Source of the DNA: Ostrea edulis
Lineage: Eukaryota
DNA: 64,000 bases
Assembly: GCF_947568905.1 (NCBI RefSeq)
Contig: NC_079164.1
Coordinates: 74,462,001-74,526,000 of the forward strand
Direction of reading: 5' to 3'
Shown here in pieces: positions 49,074-59,710 of the stretch (within the stretch, counting starts at the first letter, position 1; each line of letters opens with the position of its first letter). The notes beneath the pieces were generated by a model. That model was not told the origin of the DNA and ran no database searches. It saw only the letters and a list, made by a program, of their open reading frames with translations. A program made the translations under genes and the position numbers.

Positions 49074-49880
49074 TGTAACGTGCCGGGCGTCTACCGTGTG
49101 TCTAGCCTCGTGCCCGGTTCACCCGAGTTTTATTGAACAATGATAAGCCCTATCTGGAGTACAACTAGTTGCAATATATACATATATTATTGACACCTGT
49201 CTGGTGCTTAACGAAATACAACAAGTTAAACAATTTACAAAATATACATATATTCTATACACCTGTCTGGTGTCCTGAACCCCTGGTTATTCAACTGGTC
49301 TTTAATTTAAACAACTTGTCTTGTAAGTCACTGGCCTAACCACTTGCATATGCCAACTGTCTATAGCCACTTGCATGGGCCAGTTGCATATGACACTTGC
49401 CAATTGCCACTTGCATCAGCCAGTTGCAATGCCACTTGATATATAGCCACTTGCCGTATTATGCCAGTTGCATATCAAAAACCCACAGTGCTAATGATTC
49501 TAACACTGGAAATGAGATACGTTTTAACTATAGCTATGTATCTCTTACTCACAAGAGCACCAATGTGATACTGTCAATAACTATCGGCTACTTCTATCAT
49601 TTAGACAACGAACGAACCCTGGATCCAAGTGGCTGCTCACTATATATGTGTTCCAGCATTCACATATTAACAGGCTACAAGACTCTACATACCACAATCT
49701 AATTAGGGGGTTTAAAAAGTCTACCTGACTATCTACATATGCATAACTATTTTTGTTTGTTTTATTCTTTTATGATATTAATTCTTGTTAACTCTTTTTA
49801 ATCAACAGACACATTAATTACAATATTTACAATTATTTTTGATTATACAGTCAAAGGGAGATAATTCACTGTCTGTTTCA
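49074..49880 (-). repeat. 3' LTR (807 bp)
   Basis: Matches 55810-56575 except for 4 substitutions and a 41-bp extra segment containing AATAAA on the element strand. Confidence 0.97.
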
Positions 49881-49893
49881 CTTCCCTCCCCTT
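49881..49893 (-). promoter_or_regulatory. Polypurine tract
   Basis: AAGGGGAGGGAAG on the minus strand, directly abutting the 3' LTR. Confidence 0.92.
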
Positions 49894-49976
49894 AAGAACA
49901 TGCGTCCCGCATGATCTAAGTTACACTACAACTACATGCTCAAACAAATCAACACCATGAAAAAGAGTATTTACAG

Positions 49977-50630
49977 TCACAACATCTTCTCTCTTTTCAC
50001 TGTCACAATCTTGCGACCATGTTCCTTTACAATAGTTGTCGTCTTAATTGATTTAGTGTACAACACAGGGTCGGTTTGAACACCCTTATCTACAGTCTGA
50101 ACTGGAACTGCAACATCACCTATCACATTCTCAAGCCTTGGGGTCTTTGTCCTGCTGGGAGTATAAACAGGCAGTGGCTGTGTTCGTTTTCTTGTGGTTG
50201 CATCCACTACCAGTCGATCGTCTTGATCCTGAGGGCGTTGAGCAGATGAACATTCATCGGCGTTTTTGCTTTCAGTACTTTCTGGCTCCTCTTCAATGGC
50301 TATGTCAGGTTCCTGTGACAACCACTCCTCTTCGTCCGATGATTCTGGTTCATTGGGTTCTTTAGATGAACTTGTCCCACAACTGTCTGAGCATCTACCA
50401 GTTTGCTGGGCACTGCTCTGGTTCCCATCAGGCTGCTCTGCGTGGTTCCTCTTTAGGCGTCGCAAGTAGTTTACTTTCTTGTCTGTTGAATAGTCGCATT
50501 TTTTACAAAAGTATCTTTTCTCATAACATTCCGCCATGTGGTCCTTCCACTCAGAATGAAGTCCCGTCTTGAACGTACAAAATGGACACTTCCTCAGTGG
50601 CTCACCACCAGTTGTTTTGGTTTTCGCCAT
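49977..50630 (-). CDS. Extra retrotransposon ORF3, 217 aa: two zinc-finger-like motifs, acidic region, LC8-type motif
   Basis: CPFC-x12-HMAEC and CKKC-x12-RLKRNH; ESSDEEEW acidic tract; DKGVQTD; polypyrimidine tract plus TAG acceptor 4 nt before the ATG; 37 nt separate the pol stop from the ATG. Confidence 0.8.
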   Translation of the reverse strand: MAKTKTTGGEPLRKCPFCTFKTGLHSEWKDHMAECYEKRYFCKKCDYSTDKKVNYLRRLKRNHAEQPDGNQSSAQQTGRCSDSCGTSSSKEPNEPESSDEEEWLSQEPDIAIEEEPESTESKNADECSSAQRPQDQDDRLVVDATTRKRTQPLPVYTPSRTKTPRLENVIGDVAVPVQTVDKGVQTDPVLYTKSIKTTTIVKEHGRKIVTVKREKML

Positions 50631-50667
50631 TTCCCTACAAAGAGAAAGAAATTGTGTTACACACTGT

Positions 50668-53600
50668 TTACCACTGAACAAAATCACTCAACCATTTAGG
50701 CTGTCTTCTAATTCTTGTACTGCTTGTACAAGTGTCAGTTTCACTTAACACAATGTCATTGTCAACTTGCTGTATCTCAGCTTCCTCACTACCCAAAATA
50801 TCATCATTTAATATCAATTTATCAGAGGGGTCTGCGTCAACCTGGACCTCCTTACTGTTCACTAATTCGCCCCTTAAGACCTGTTTGTGCTTTAGTCTTA
50901 ACCTGTCAACATGTACAACTTGGGGTTTGCCCCGAAGTCCACAGTTAACCTTGTAGGTTAGATCTGTTAACTTGCTGATAATTTTGTAAGGGCCTTGCCA
51001 GTAACTCGTGAACTTTGGTGAACGTCCCACTTTCCGCAGAGGAAAGTAGACATATACGTCATCTCCTGGCTTAAACACTTGCCATGAGAGCTTCTGATCA
51101 TGATATCGCTTTTGTCTCAACATGGCTGTATTTATGTTCTCTCGAACAAACCGATGAGCTTCTTCCAGTGTCTCTTTCAATTGCCAAGCCCACTTGTTAT
51201 GTGGAATGAACTTGACAGACTGCGGCATTTCATACATTAGATCGAGTGGGGTCGAGACCTCTCTGCCAAGCATCATATAATTTGGAGTAAACCCTGTGGT
51301 TTCGTGAACTGATGCTCTATACGCCATCATAACATAGGGCAAGTAGTTGTCCCAGTCTGAGTGATGCTCGTTGACATAGGCACTTAACATCGCGACCAGA
51401 GTCTTATTAAAACGTTCTACCATCCCGTCACTCTGAGGGTGGAAGGGCGTGGTGCGTGTTTTCTTTATATGCAAGACACGACACATCTCAGTGAAGAGTT
51501 CACTCTCGTATTGGCATCCTTGGTCAGAGTGGATACTAGAGGGGACGCCAAATCTGGCAACAACTTCTTCAACAATTATCCTGGCTACTGTTGCAGCTTC
51601 CATGTTGGGCATAGGGAAACTTTCTGTCCACTTGGTGAAGTAGTCAGAAACCACCAAAATATACCGGTTGCCCTTTTCTGTCATTAGAAGTTCCCCAAGG
51701 ATGTCAGTTGCAATCCTGTCCATTGTTATGCCACTCTTGACCAATTTCATAGGCGCCCTCTTCTTCATCTGCGGACCTTTCCTTTTGGCACATTTTTCAC
51801 AACCAGCAATATAAGTTCTTGTGTCAGCCTGCAGACCTGGCCAGTAGTATTTCTGTCGAACGCGTGCCAAAGTCTTAGTTACCCCCAAATGTCCTGCCGT
51901 TTCAACATCATGACAATACTGTAACACTGTTCGGCGTTCACTACACGGCACAACTGCCTGTAGCTGGGAGGATTTACCGGTACCAAGATCAAACTTTCGA
52001 TATAAGATACCATCATCTATAACAAGACTATCCCATTGTGACCAAAGAGACCTTATTACATACCCAAGCCCACTAATGTCATCATATGCAGGTCTCTGTT
52101 TGCTATCCAGCCAACCTTTTACTTGTCTTAAGTCATGATCATCATTTTGTACATCTTTTATCTTGAGACACAGGTCGTCTTTCTCAGTTCCTAATTTGTT
52201 CACATTGACAGAGGTCACTGAATCCACCTTGTGTTTGTCTTGTGCATCTCTTTCCGGCCCCTGGCTTTCCAACACAGGGTCAACCCACATTGTCTACATG
52301 GTATACGGCTTAACGCATCTGCATTTCTATGCTGCGTGCCTGGCCTATGTTGTATTTGAAACTTATAGGCACTCAGGGTTTCTAACCATCTGGCTAGCTG
52401 GCCCTCAGGGTTTTTAAACTTAAACAACCACCTGAGTGAACCGTGGTCACTGCGAATCAAAAACTCTTTTCCATATAAGTAGTGCTTGAAATATTTTACA
52501 AAATGGACCACCGCCAAAAGCTCTTTCCGGGTAACACAGTACCTACGTTCACATTTGGTTAACGTCCTACTAGCATAGGCAATGACAGATTCTTTGCCAC
52601 CAACATTCTGCGACAATACAGCTCCAATTGCTTGGTCACTTGCGTCTGTGTCCAGTATAAACGGTAATGTAAAATCTGGATGGGCAAGTATTGGGGAGTT
52701 AATCAAGTGGCATTTCAACCGTTCAAATGCCTCTTGACATTCTGAAGTCCAAGCAAATGGCTTTCCCTTTTCAGTAAGACGATGTAGACATTTTGCTACT
52801 GCAGAAAAGTCTTTGATAAATCTACGGTAGTATCCGCACAAACCAAGAAATGACCTTAGTTCAGTCACATTGGAGGGTTCTGGCCACTCCTTTACCGCTG
52901 CTATTTTGCTTGGATCTGTAGCTAATCCTTTCTCAGACACAACATGCCCCAGATAGACAACTTGCTTTGCAAACAGGCAACACTTTTTGGCCTTCAGCTT
53001 CAAGTTTGCATTCTTCAACCGCTCAAACACTCTCTTTAAGTTTTCTAACATTTGATCAAATGACTTGCCAGTGACAATAATGTCATCCAAGTACACAAGA
53101 CATATGTCCCATTGCAATCCAGCAAGGACACTTTCCATCAGGCGTTCGAAAGTGGCTGGGGCGCAACTTAAGCCAAACGGCATGACATTGAATTCAAATA
53201 AGCCGCGCCTTGTTGCAAAGGCTGTCTTTGGTTTGTCGTTAGAGTCCATCTCTACTTGCCAGTAGCCTGAGCAAAGGTCTAGCGTTGAAAACCATGCAGA
53301 TCCCAACAACTGGTCAAGTGACTCATCAATCCTCGGAAGAGGATATGCATCCTGTATAGTGCAGCTATTGAGATGCCTATAGTCTACACAGAAGCGGTAT
53401 GAGCCGTCCTTCTTTTTAACCATGACTATTGGCGACGACCATGGGCTGTTTGAGGGTTTGATGACGCCTTTTTCCAACATTTCATCTATGTTTTTGTCAA
53501 CTTCTTCCGTTAGATGTGCTGGTACCCTTCTTGGCTGCTGCTTGATTGGTCGATTGTCCCCTGTATCAATGCGGTGCTTGACAACACCTGTTCGGCCTAA

Positions 53601-55781
53601 GTCCAAGTTGCTCTCGGCAAACAAAGATGCATACTTCAAGAGGAAATCTCTTGCCTTTTCTTTCTGCACCAATGTTAGGTTTTTCTCAGTCTTCTGCAAC
53701 AGTTCAGCTAAATCTGCCCGAAGCTCATTTGAGCACGGAGGCTGTTCCTCTGGCGATGAGGCTTCTACATGATCAATCTCTGACAGTTGTCCTATGACAG
53801 TTCCTGAATGCACAACTTTGGCATCTTCCTCTGTATTCATCAATCTTACTGGAACAGTTTCTCTAGGGCTAACAACTGTTCTTGCTGTCAGTGCACATTC
53901 GTCTCTACTTTTACTGTACATTGGTTCAACAATACTTTCATGCAAGGGTAAGGTAGAACCTTCTGGCACACACACCTTGCCAGGTACAATTATTTCGCTT
54001 CTTGGTGGTATGCTTACTGTTTTGACAGCTGTGATTCGGTAGCATCCAAGGAAGCCTTCTATGGAGAGTCTTTTCTCCCATCCATTAACAACAAGTACCT
54101 CATTGTTAACATCAACCATACAGTGGTGTGCCTTCATAAAATCGAGGCCCAAGATACCATCTATCTTCAGTTTTGCAACAATTGCCTCACTGTAACATGT
54201 CATCTGGTCAATGCAAACGTTAAACTCAGCCTTTCCATGTACCGTCAGTGCAGTACTATTGGCTGTCATTATGGTCTGTGTTACCCCATGTAAGTTAGGT
54301 CTTACAGACATTGGTAACCTCTTGTATAAGCCTTCTGACACTAGAGTAACAGTAGCTCCTGTGTCTACCAGAAATCTTGCTGATTCTCCTTGGATCTTTA
54401 CATCAACATACAATCCACATTCCTCGACTGATGATCCAAGTCCAACCGACACACTTGGCCCGGTTGTAGAGTTCTGATCCCTACTAAACTTGTTTGCACT
54501 GTTTTTACCAGTTGGTCTTTCCTCGTTCTGCCTGTTGTTTAGCAGAGGGCAATATCGTTTGATATGACCTGGCTTCCTGCATTCAAAGCACACTTTCTCC
54601 TGTCTGTTGCTACCTCTTTTGTCCTTATACCATCTGTCACTAGTCACCCTCTGTCTGGATGTTTTTAGCTGCTTCAGCTCCTCTGTAATACATTTCATGC
54701 CTTCCTCTACTGATTTCATCCACGTTCCTAGTTTGTGGTCATTACTTGTGTCAGTTGTCGTGTGTAGCTCTTCAGCTGTGGCTGTTCGCAAATGTCCTCT
54801 GAGCTCTCTGTCGCGCTTTTCAACTCTGTTGTAAGCCTCAAGTTCCACTGCAAGACTAATGGCTTCGTTCAAATTGGCAGGTCTGGACTGCTTGATACGA
54901 ATGCGTATGTCTGAATCGATTAACGCGTCAATAAACTGATCCTTAGCTAAGGTCTCACGAACTTCTCCAGGTGCTGTTGGGTAGGCCAAGTTAGTCAACC
55001 GTCTTATGGCCTGGCCTAACTCTGATAGTGTTTCCAAAGGTCTCTGTCTTCACTCCTTAAGCTGTACTCTGTATAGGTCAGTCTGGTTAGGAGGTGAAAA
55101 CCTTTCCTGTAAGGACCTTACAAGCGTCTGGTAGTGTTGCCCTCTGTCAGTAGGCAAGTCACCTAGTACTGATTGAGCTTGGCCTCGCAGGGATAGAGCC
55201 AAAAACAAGCCCTTTGTCTCTTCATTCCAGCCATTGACACTTGCGCAAGCTTCAAAATGACACTTATAGTCAAGCCATGAACTAGACCCGTCATATGTAG
55301 CTGGTTTGATAGTCACCTTGTTGTTTCTTTCTTCTCTACTTGTCTCAAAGGGTGCTCTCCTTGCATCAATTTCAACAGGATGCTGATGAACTATTGAACT
55401 AGACGACAAATAATCTAAAGGCAAGCCGTGATATTCACCCTCTTTGTGATTACTGGCAAATCTAACCTTTTGCCTTGCTCCGCCATGTGACGAGAACATT
55501 TCAGTGGTTCTGTTATCGCGGTCATGTTGACGACTTTGTTCTCTGTCAGTATGCAATGGGTCACAGTGGCCTGTTATGGTGACACCCTCGTCATAGTCAA
55601 AAGTGTAATCTGAAGGACGTGTGGCATGTCCACTGTCTGGTGAGGGCACTTTACCATAATGACCACTGGTTGGGGTAGACTGGTCAATGCGGTACTTCTT
55701 CAACTTGCTCTCCATCTTATCTAATGTTTCCTTCAGACTGGCATCTACGTACTTCTTGTCTCGGTCACTCATCATGTCCAA
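50668..55781 (-). pseudogene. gag-pol polyprotein with one nonsense codon and one frameshift
   Basis: CCHC knuckle CFECRKPGHIKRYC, protease DTGA, RT YLDD, RNase H DTDAS, integrase HHCC/DDE and GPY. In-frame TGA at 55052-55050; frameshift near 52281 between RNase H and integrase. Confidence 0.95.
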
Positions 55782-55784
55782 TAA

Positions 55785-55803
55785 AATCCCACCGCTGCCA
55801 CCA
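55785..55803 (-). promoter_or_regulatory. Primer-binding site for tRNA-Leu (AAG/TAG type)
   Basis: Plus strand AATCCCACCGCTGCCACCA equals the 3' end plus CCA of eukaryotic tRNA-Leu(AAG/TAG) as I recall it; 6 nt from the 5' LTR. Confidence 0.88.
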
Positions 55804-55809
55804 AAATCT

Positions 55810-56575
55810 TGTAACGTGCCGGGCGTCTACCGTGTGTCTAGGCCCTATCTGGAGTACAACTAGTTGCAATATATACATATATTATTGACACCTGTCTGGT
55901 GCTTAACGAAATACAACAAGTTAAACAATTTACAAAATATACATATATTCTATACACCTGTCTGGTGTCCTGAACCCCTGGTTATTCAACTGGTCTTTAA
56001 TTTAAACAACTTGTCTTGTAAGTCACTGGCCTAACCACTTGCATATGCCAACTGTCTATAGCCACTTGCATGGGCCAGTTGCATTTGACACTTGCCAATT
56101 GCCACTTGCATCAGCCAGTTGCAATGCCACTTGATATATAGCCACTTGCCGTATTATGCCAGTTGCATATCAAAAACCCACAGTGCTATTGATTCTAACA
56201 CTGGAAATGAGATACGTTTTAACTATAGCTATGAATCTCTTACTCACAAGAGCACCAATGTGATACTGTCAATAACTATCGGCTACTTCTATCATTTAGA
56301 CAACGAACGAACCCTAGATCCAAGTGGCTGCTCACTATATATGTGTTCCAGCATTCACATATTAACAGGCTACAAGACTCTACATACCACAATCTAATTA
56401 GGGGGTTTAAAAAGTCTACCTGACTATCTACATATGCATAACTATTTTTGTTTGTTTTATTCTTTTATGATATTAATTCTTGTTAACTCTTTTTAATCAA
56501 CAGACACATTAATTACAATATTTACAATTATTTTTGATTATACAGTCAAAGGGAGATAATTCACTGTCTGTTTCA
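55810..56575 (-). repeat. 5' LTR (766 bp)
   Basis: Lacks the 41-bp AATAAA-containing segment present in the 3' LTR. Confidence 0.97.
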
Positions 56576-57820
56576 GTATATTGCGTGACTGCCTCCCCCC
56601 CCCCCCCCCCCAAAAAAAACCCCCAAACATTTAGCGAAATGAAATACAAGCTCTACCTCCTCAGATTTAAGACAATGAATTCAAGGGGGTGGGTGTTGTT
56701 GATGTAGTTACAAATTACCCGAAGACTATTTAGGATTTTGAAGATCGGGTTAACTCCCTCTTTTTTATTGCTTGTCAATTTTTTTTTTTTTTACCAACTA
56801 ACCCCAATATCTCTTCCGATTGCCCCCATCCCTGAAATACGATACGATATGCCCGTTGGTGTGTCTTTTACTTTGACCTCAAGTATGTTAAACAGATTTA
56901 TGTTATGTCGCCAATGAGACCATGATTGTATTCTATATTCATAATATGATTTAACAGATGCGTTTTTAAATGAGATATTGGACGTGTTATCAATAAAATC
57001 TCTCTGATTTAATGTGTATATATGAATTAGAAATATAAAAAATGAATAGTAGAATACTAAATCGAATCAATGTCGCCTGACTCATGCATCAAGTTCTTAT
57101 CTTCGTAATTCCTTATACAGTAGAAATAGGTTATGGTATTAAAGTATATATGTCATATCATTGGATGTATAGAGTATTACTGTAATCAATATTTTTTAAT
57201 CTTATACTTCGTTGAATTAAAATTTTAACACAATGAATATATGAATCAGTGAATTTCTTTTTTAAAAACTTTAAAATATTCAATTATTTATTGATTCACC
57301 AAGCTGATAAATTCTCGTCCGTTCCAGCCGTTTGAAAAAGAAAATTGAGTGTATGCATATTTATTGGGGGTGTTACATGCGTTGCAAACTTCCTTTGTTT
57401 GAACACTTAAACAGAAATGCTAATTTGGGCTCTTCACACCCACCCCTTGGATGGAAAAACCAAGGTGCACACTTAGTCCACAACTGCTCTCTGAAAATTG
57501 GATCCGCCACTGTACTCTAATCCCGAAACCGACTTCCCCATAATTCAGTTGACGTCACAAAGGAAAAGAAAAACCTAAACAATTATGACGTCACAAATGG
57601 TTTGTTTTGTTTAGATCTACTACCAATACGCCGAACATTACAAGGTAAATATTTTCTAATCTTATATACATGCATATCGTAAAATCTGCTCATGGAATTC
57701 GTTTGTTTACAAGAGTCACTTTCCTAAGTCCCATAGTCCTCTATACCGGTCATCCAAGTATTAGTTAAAAGTATCGATTGATTGTACGATATAATGTTTA
57801 ACCTCCCTTTCGAGAATTTT

Positions 57821-57978
57821 TCACTCATATGAAGACATTACCATCGCCGGTGAAGGGCTGCAAAATTTAGGCCTATACTCGGCGTTACGACCTCTGAACA
57901 GGGAGGGATCTTTATCGTGCCACACCTGCTGTGACACGGGGCCTGTTTTTTTTTTAAATTGCGGTCTCATCCGAAGGG
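57821..57978 (-). mobile_element. SINE body fragment
   Basis: CACTCATATGAAGACATTACCATCGCCGGTGAAGGGCTGCAAAATTTAGGCC...; shares its core with 8593-8723. Confidence 0.65.
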
Positions 57979-58079
57979 CCGATCACTAGACCCAACAGCT
58001 ACGAAATCTGCAATAATTTTCCCGTTTTACATATCTAAGCTAAATTATAATACCGGGTAATTAGTAGCAGTATAAAACA

Positions 58080-58700
58080 AGATATGTTCTAAAACAAAAA
58101 TGCCCCCAAAGTGTTGATAATGATAAAAGACTTAAAACACGTTATATTAACTATATGACTATTTTGGACCCACCCTATAGTCTGGGTAGTGAAATTTACA
58201 AGTTTGGTATATCCCTTTCTGCTTTCCCCAAATATGCAATTAGTTTTTATAAAGTATAAGACAAATTAAAGAAATCTTTCAAATGATAATTACAATTATT
58301 ACTGTGATAATTTTGTCCCCACCTGGGATTATGAAATTTACAAGTTTAGAATCAATAGCATTAAAGATGTTTTACACAGGAACATTTCAGAACAAGTTTG
58401 TTTCCGCCCAGGAGTCTGGATTTTTTTTTTTTAATCTCTACCCTGGAGATCATGAAATTTACAATTTGGTAGAGGCCTTCCTGCTCTACATGACTATGCA
58501 TTCAGTTTTTCTTACAAATGTATAGATGGAGATTTTTAAAAATTGGTCAATTTTTGCCCCAACCCTATGTAAGACCCTGGGGATGCAGGAGTCCTGAAGT
58601 CTATAGGATACTTCATAACAAATTTGGAAAGAATTTAATCAATGGTATGCATGCAGACCAATGGCAATAGATCACCCAAATGACTTAAACTCAACTCAAG
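58080..58700. mobile_element. Degenerate HINE/satellite-core remnant
   Basis: Repeated GAAATTTACAA(G/T)TT(T)GGTAGA-type cores; boundaries approximate. Confidence 0.5.
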
Positions 58701-59282
58701 AATTATTACACCAAATGTTTTAAGCGGATTGTATCGATTAAATAAAAATTCAAACTATAGAAGCATTGCAACTTAACTGCTATGTGCTAAGTAGCAAACT
58801 ATACACTATCCATAAAAAGTATTTCCATAGATATCATACTGATGTATTCTACCAAAATAAATTCTAAGTTGCAAGACCAATACACCACAGGGAATATTTG
58901 AAATATCATATAGCTGAAAATCCAAGACACATATTATTAAATTCTTTTGACCTTGATTTTTCTAAATATCCATGGTGTAAAAAGGAGGAAATACAAACCT
59001 ACACTGTACATATTTGGTCACCAGCTTAATTTTACACTTATACCTAGAGGAAACCGATTAATTGTCCCTTTTTATAACATATGGATAGATTAAAAGACAG
59101 ACATGGTGATTCAAAGACATCCTCAAAAGTTGTATGTGGACAGAATTTACAGAAATGTCATGAAGAATAACTACAGATGGTCAGAACTATTTTTTCACAA
59201 TTACCGTTAAACATATCAATCTGAAAATACTAAGTGTATAGGTTTACATAGTGCAGCAGTAAGATGGGTTTGTTCGCTGGTG

Positions 59283-59381
59283 GCCAGACAGCTCAGTTGG
59301 TAGAGCACCTGACTGAAGATTCAGGGGGCCCCGGGTTCGAATCTCAGTCTGGTATGCTGCATTTTCTCCATTCCTGTTACA
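59283..59381 (+). mobile_element. tRNA-derived SINE (tRNA-like head plus GCATTTTCTCCATTCCTGTTACA tail)
   Basis: A and B boxes present, but U8 is missing, the T-stem is mismatched, and a SINE-type tail follows. Confidence 0.7.
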
Positions 59382-59710
59382 ATAGTATCAACATCTCCAC
59401 AAAATTTAGCAAAATGCATTTCGGGTTCGATAGTGGGAGTGAAACCAATATACCCCTATCCTTCAAACTTTGTGGGGGTATCAAAAGTAATTAATCACCA
59501 TTGTGTACTAAGTCAACATCCAGCACCCTCTGTTATCTCCTTTAAAAAAGGACCTCTACATTTTGCTGACATGTAAATGCATCACTCATATACATTTAGA
59601 TAACAACACCATACAATTATATTAAGAAAACTTTAATGAAATTGACATTTTAATGACCGTATGAAATGATGCTCTGTTTACATCACAGAAACAGAAGATA
59701 TGAAGCAGTA

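Larger units (their letters stand above)
49074..56575 (-). mobile_element. Full-length Ty3/Gypsy LTR retrotransposon (7502 bp)
   Basis: TG...CA LTRs, 4-bp TSD GTAT (49070-49073 and 56576-56579), PBS, PPT, and Gag-PR-RT-RH-IN domain order. Confidence 0.98.

Noticed and set aside
49397-49702. 101-aa ORF (also 56092-56397)
   Set aside because: Lies within the LTRs, antisense to the element, starts at TTG and has no domain signal.
49977-50630. env gene
   Set aside because: No signal peptide, furin site or transmembrane helix; zinc-finger and acidic composition instead.
50668-52290. Integrase as an independent gene
   Set aside because: It is the frameshifted continuation of pol.
55050-55052. 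Programmed stop-codon readthrough in gag
   Set aside because: The TGA falls inside the capsid-like region (KE*RQRP, expected Arg), not at the gag-pol junction, and lacks a readthrough context; a point mutation is more likely.
59283-59353. tRNA-Phe(GAA) gene
   Set aside because: Only one base lies between the acceptor and D stems (no U8), the T-stem is mispaired and a SINE-type tail follows; treated as a SINE head. tRNAscan-SE would settle it.
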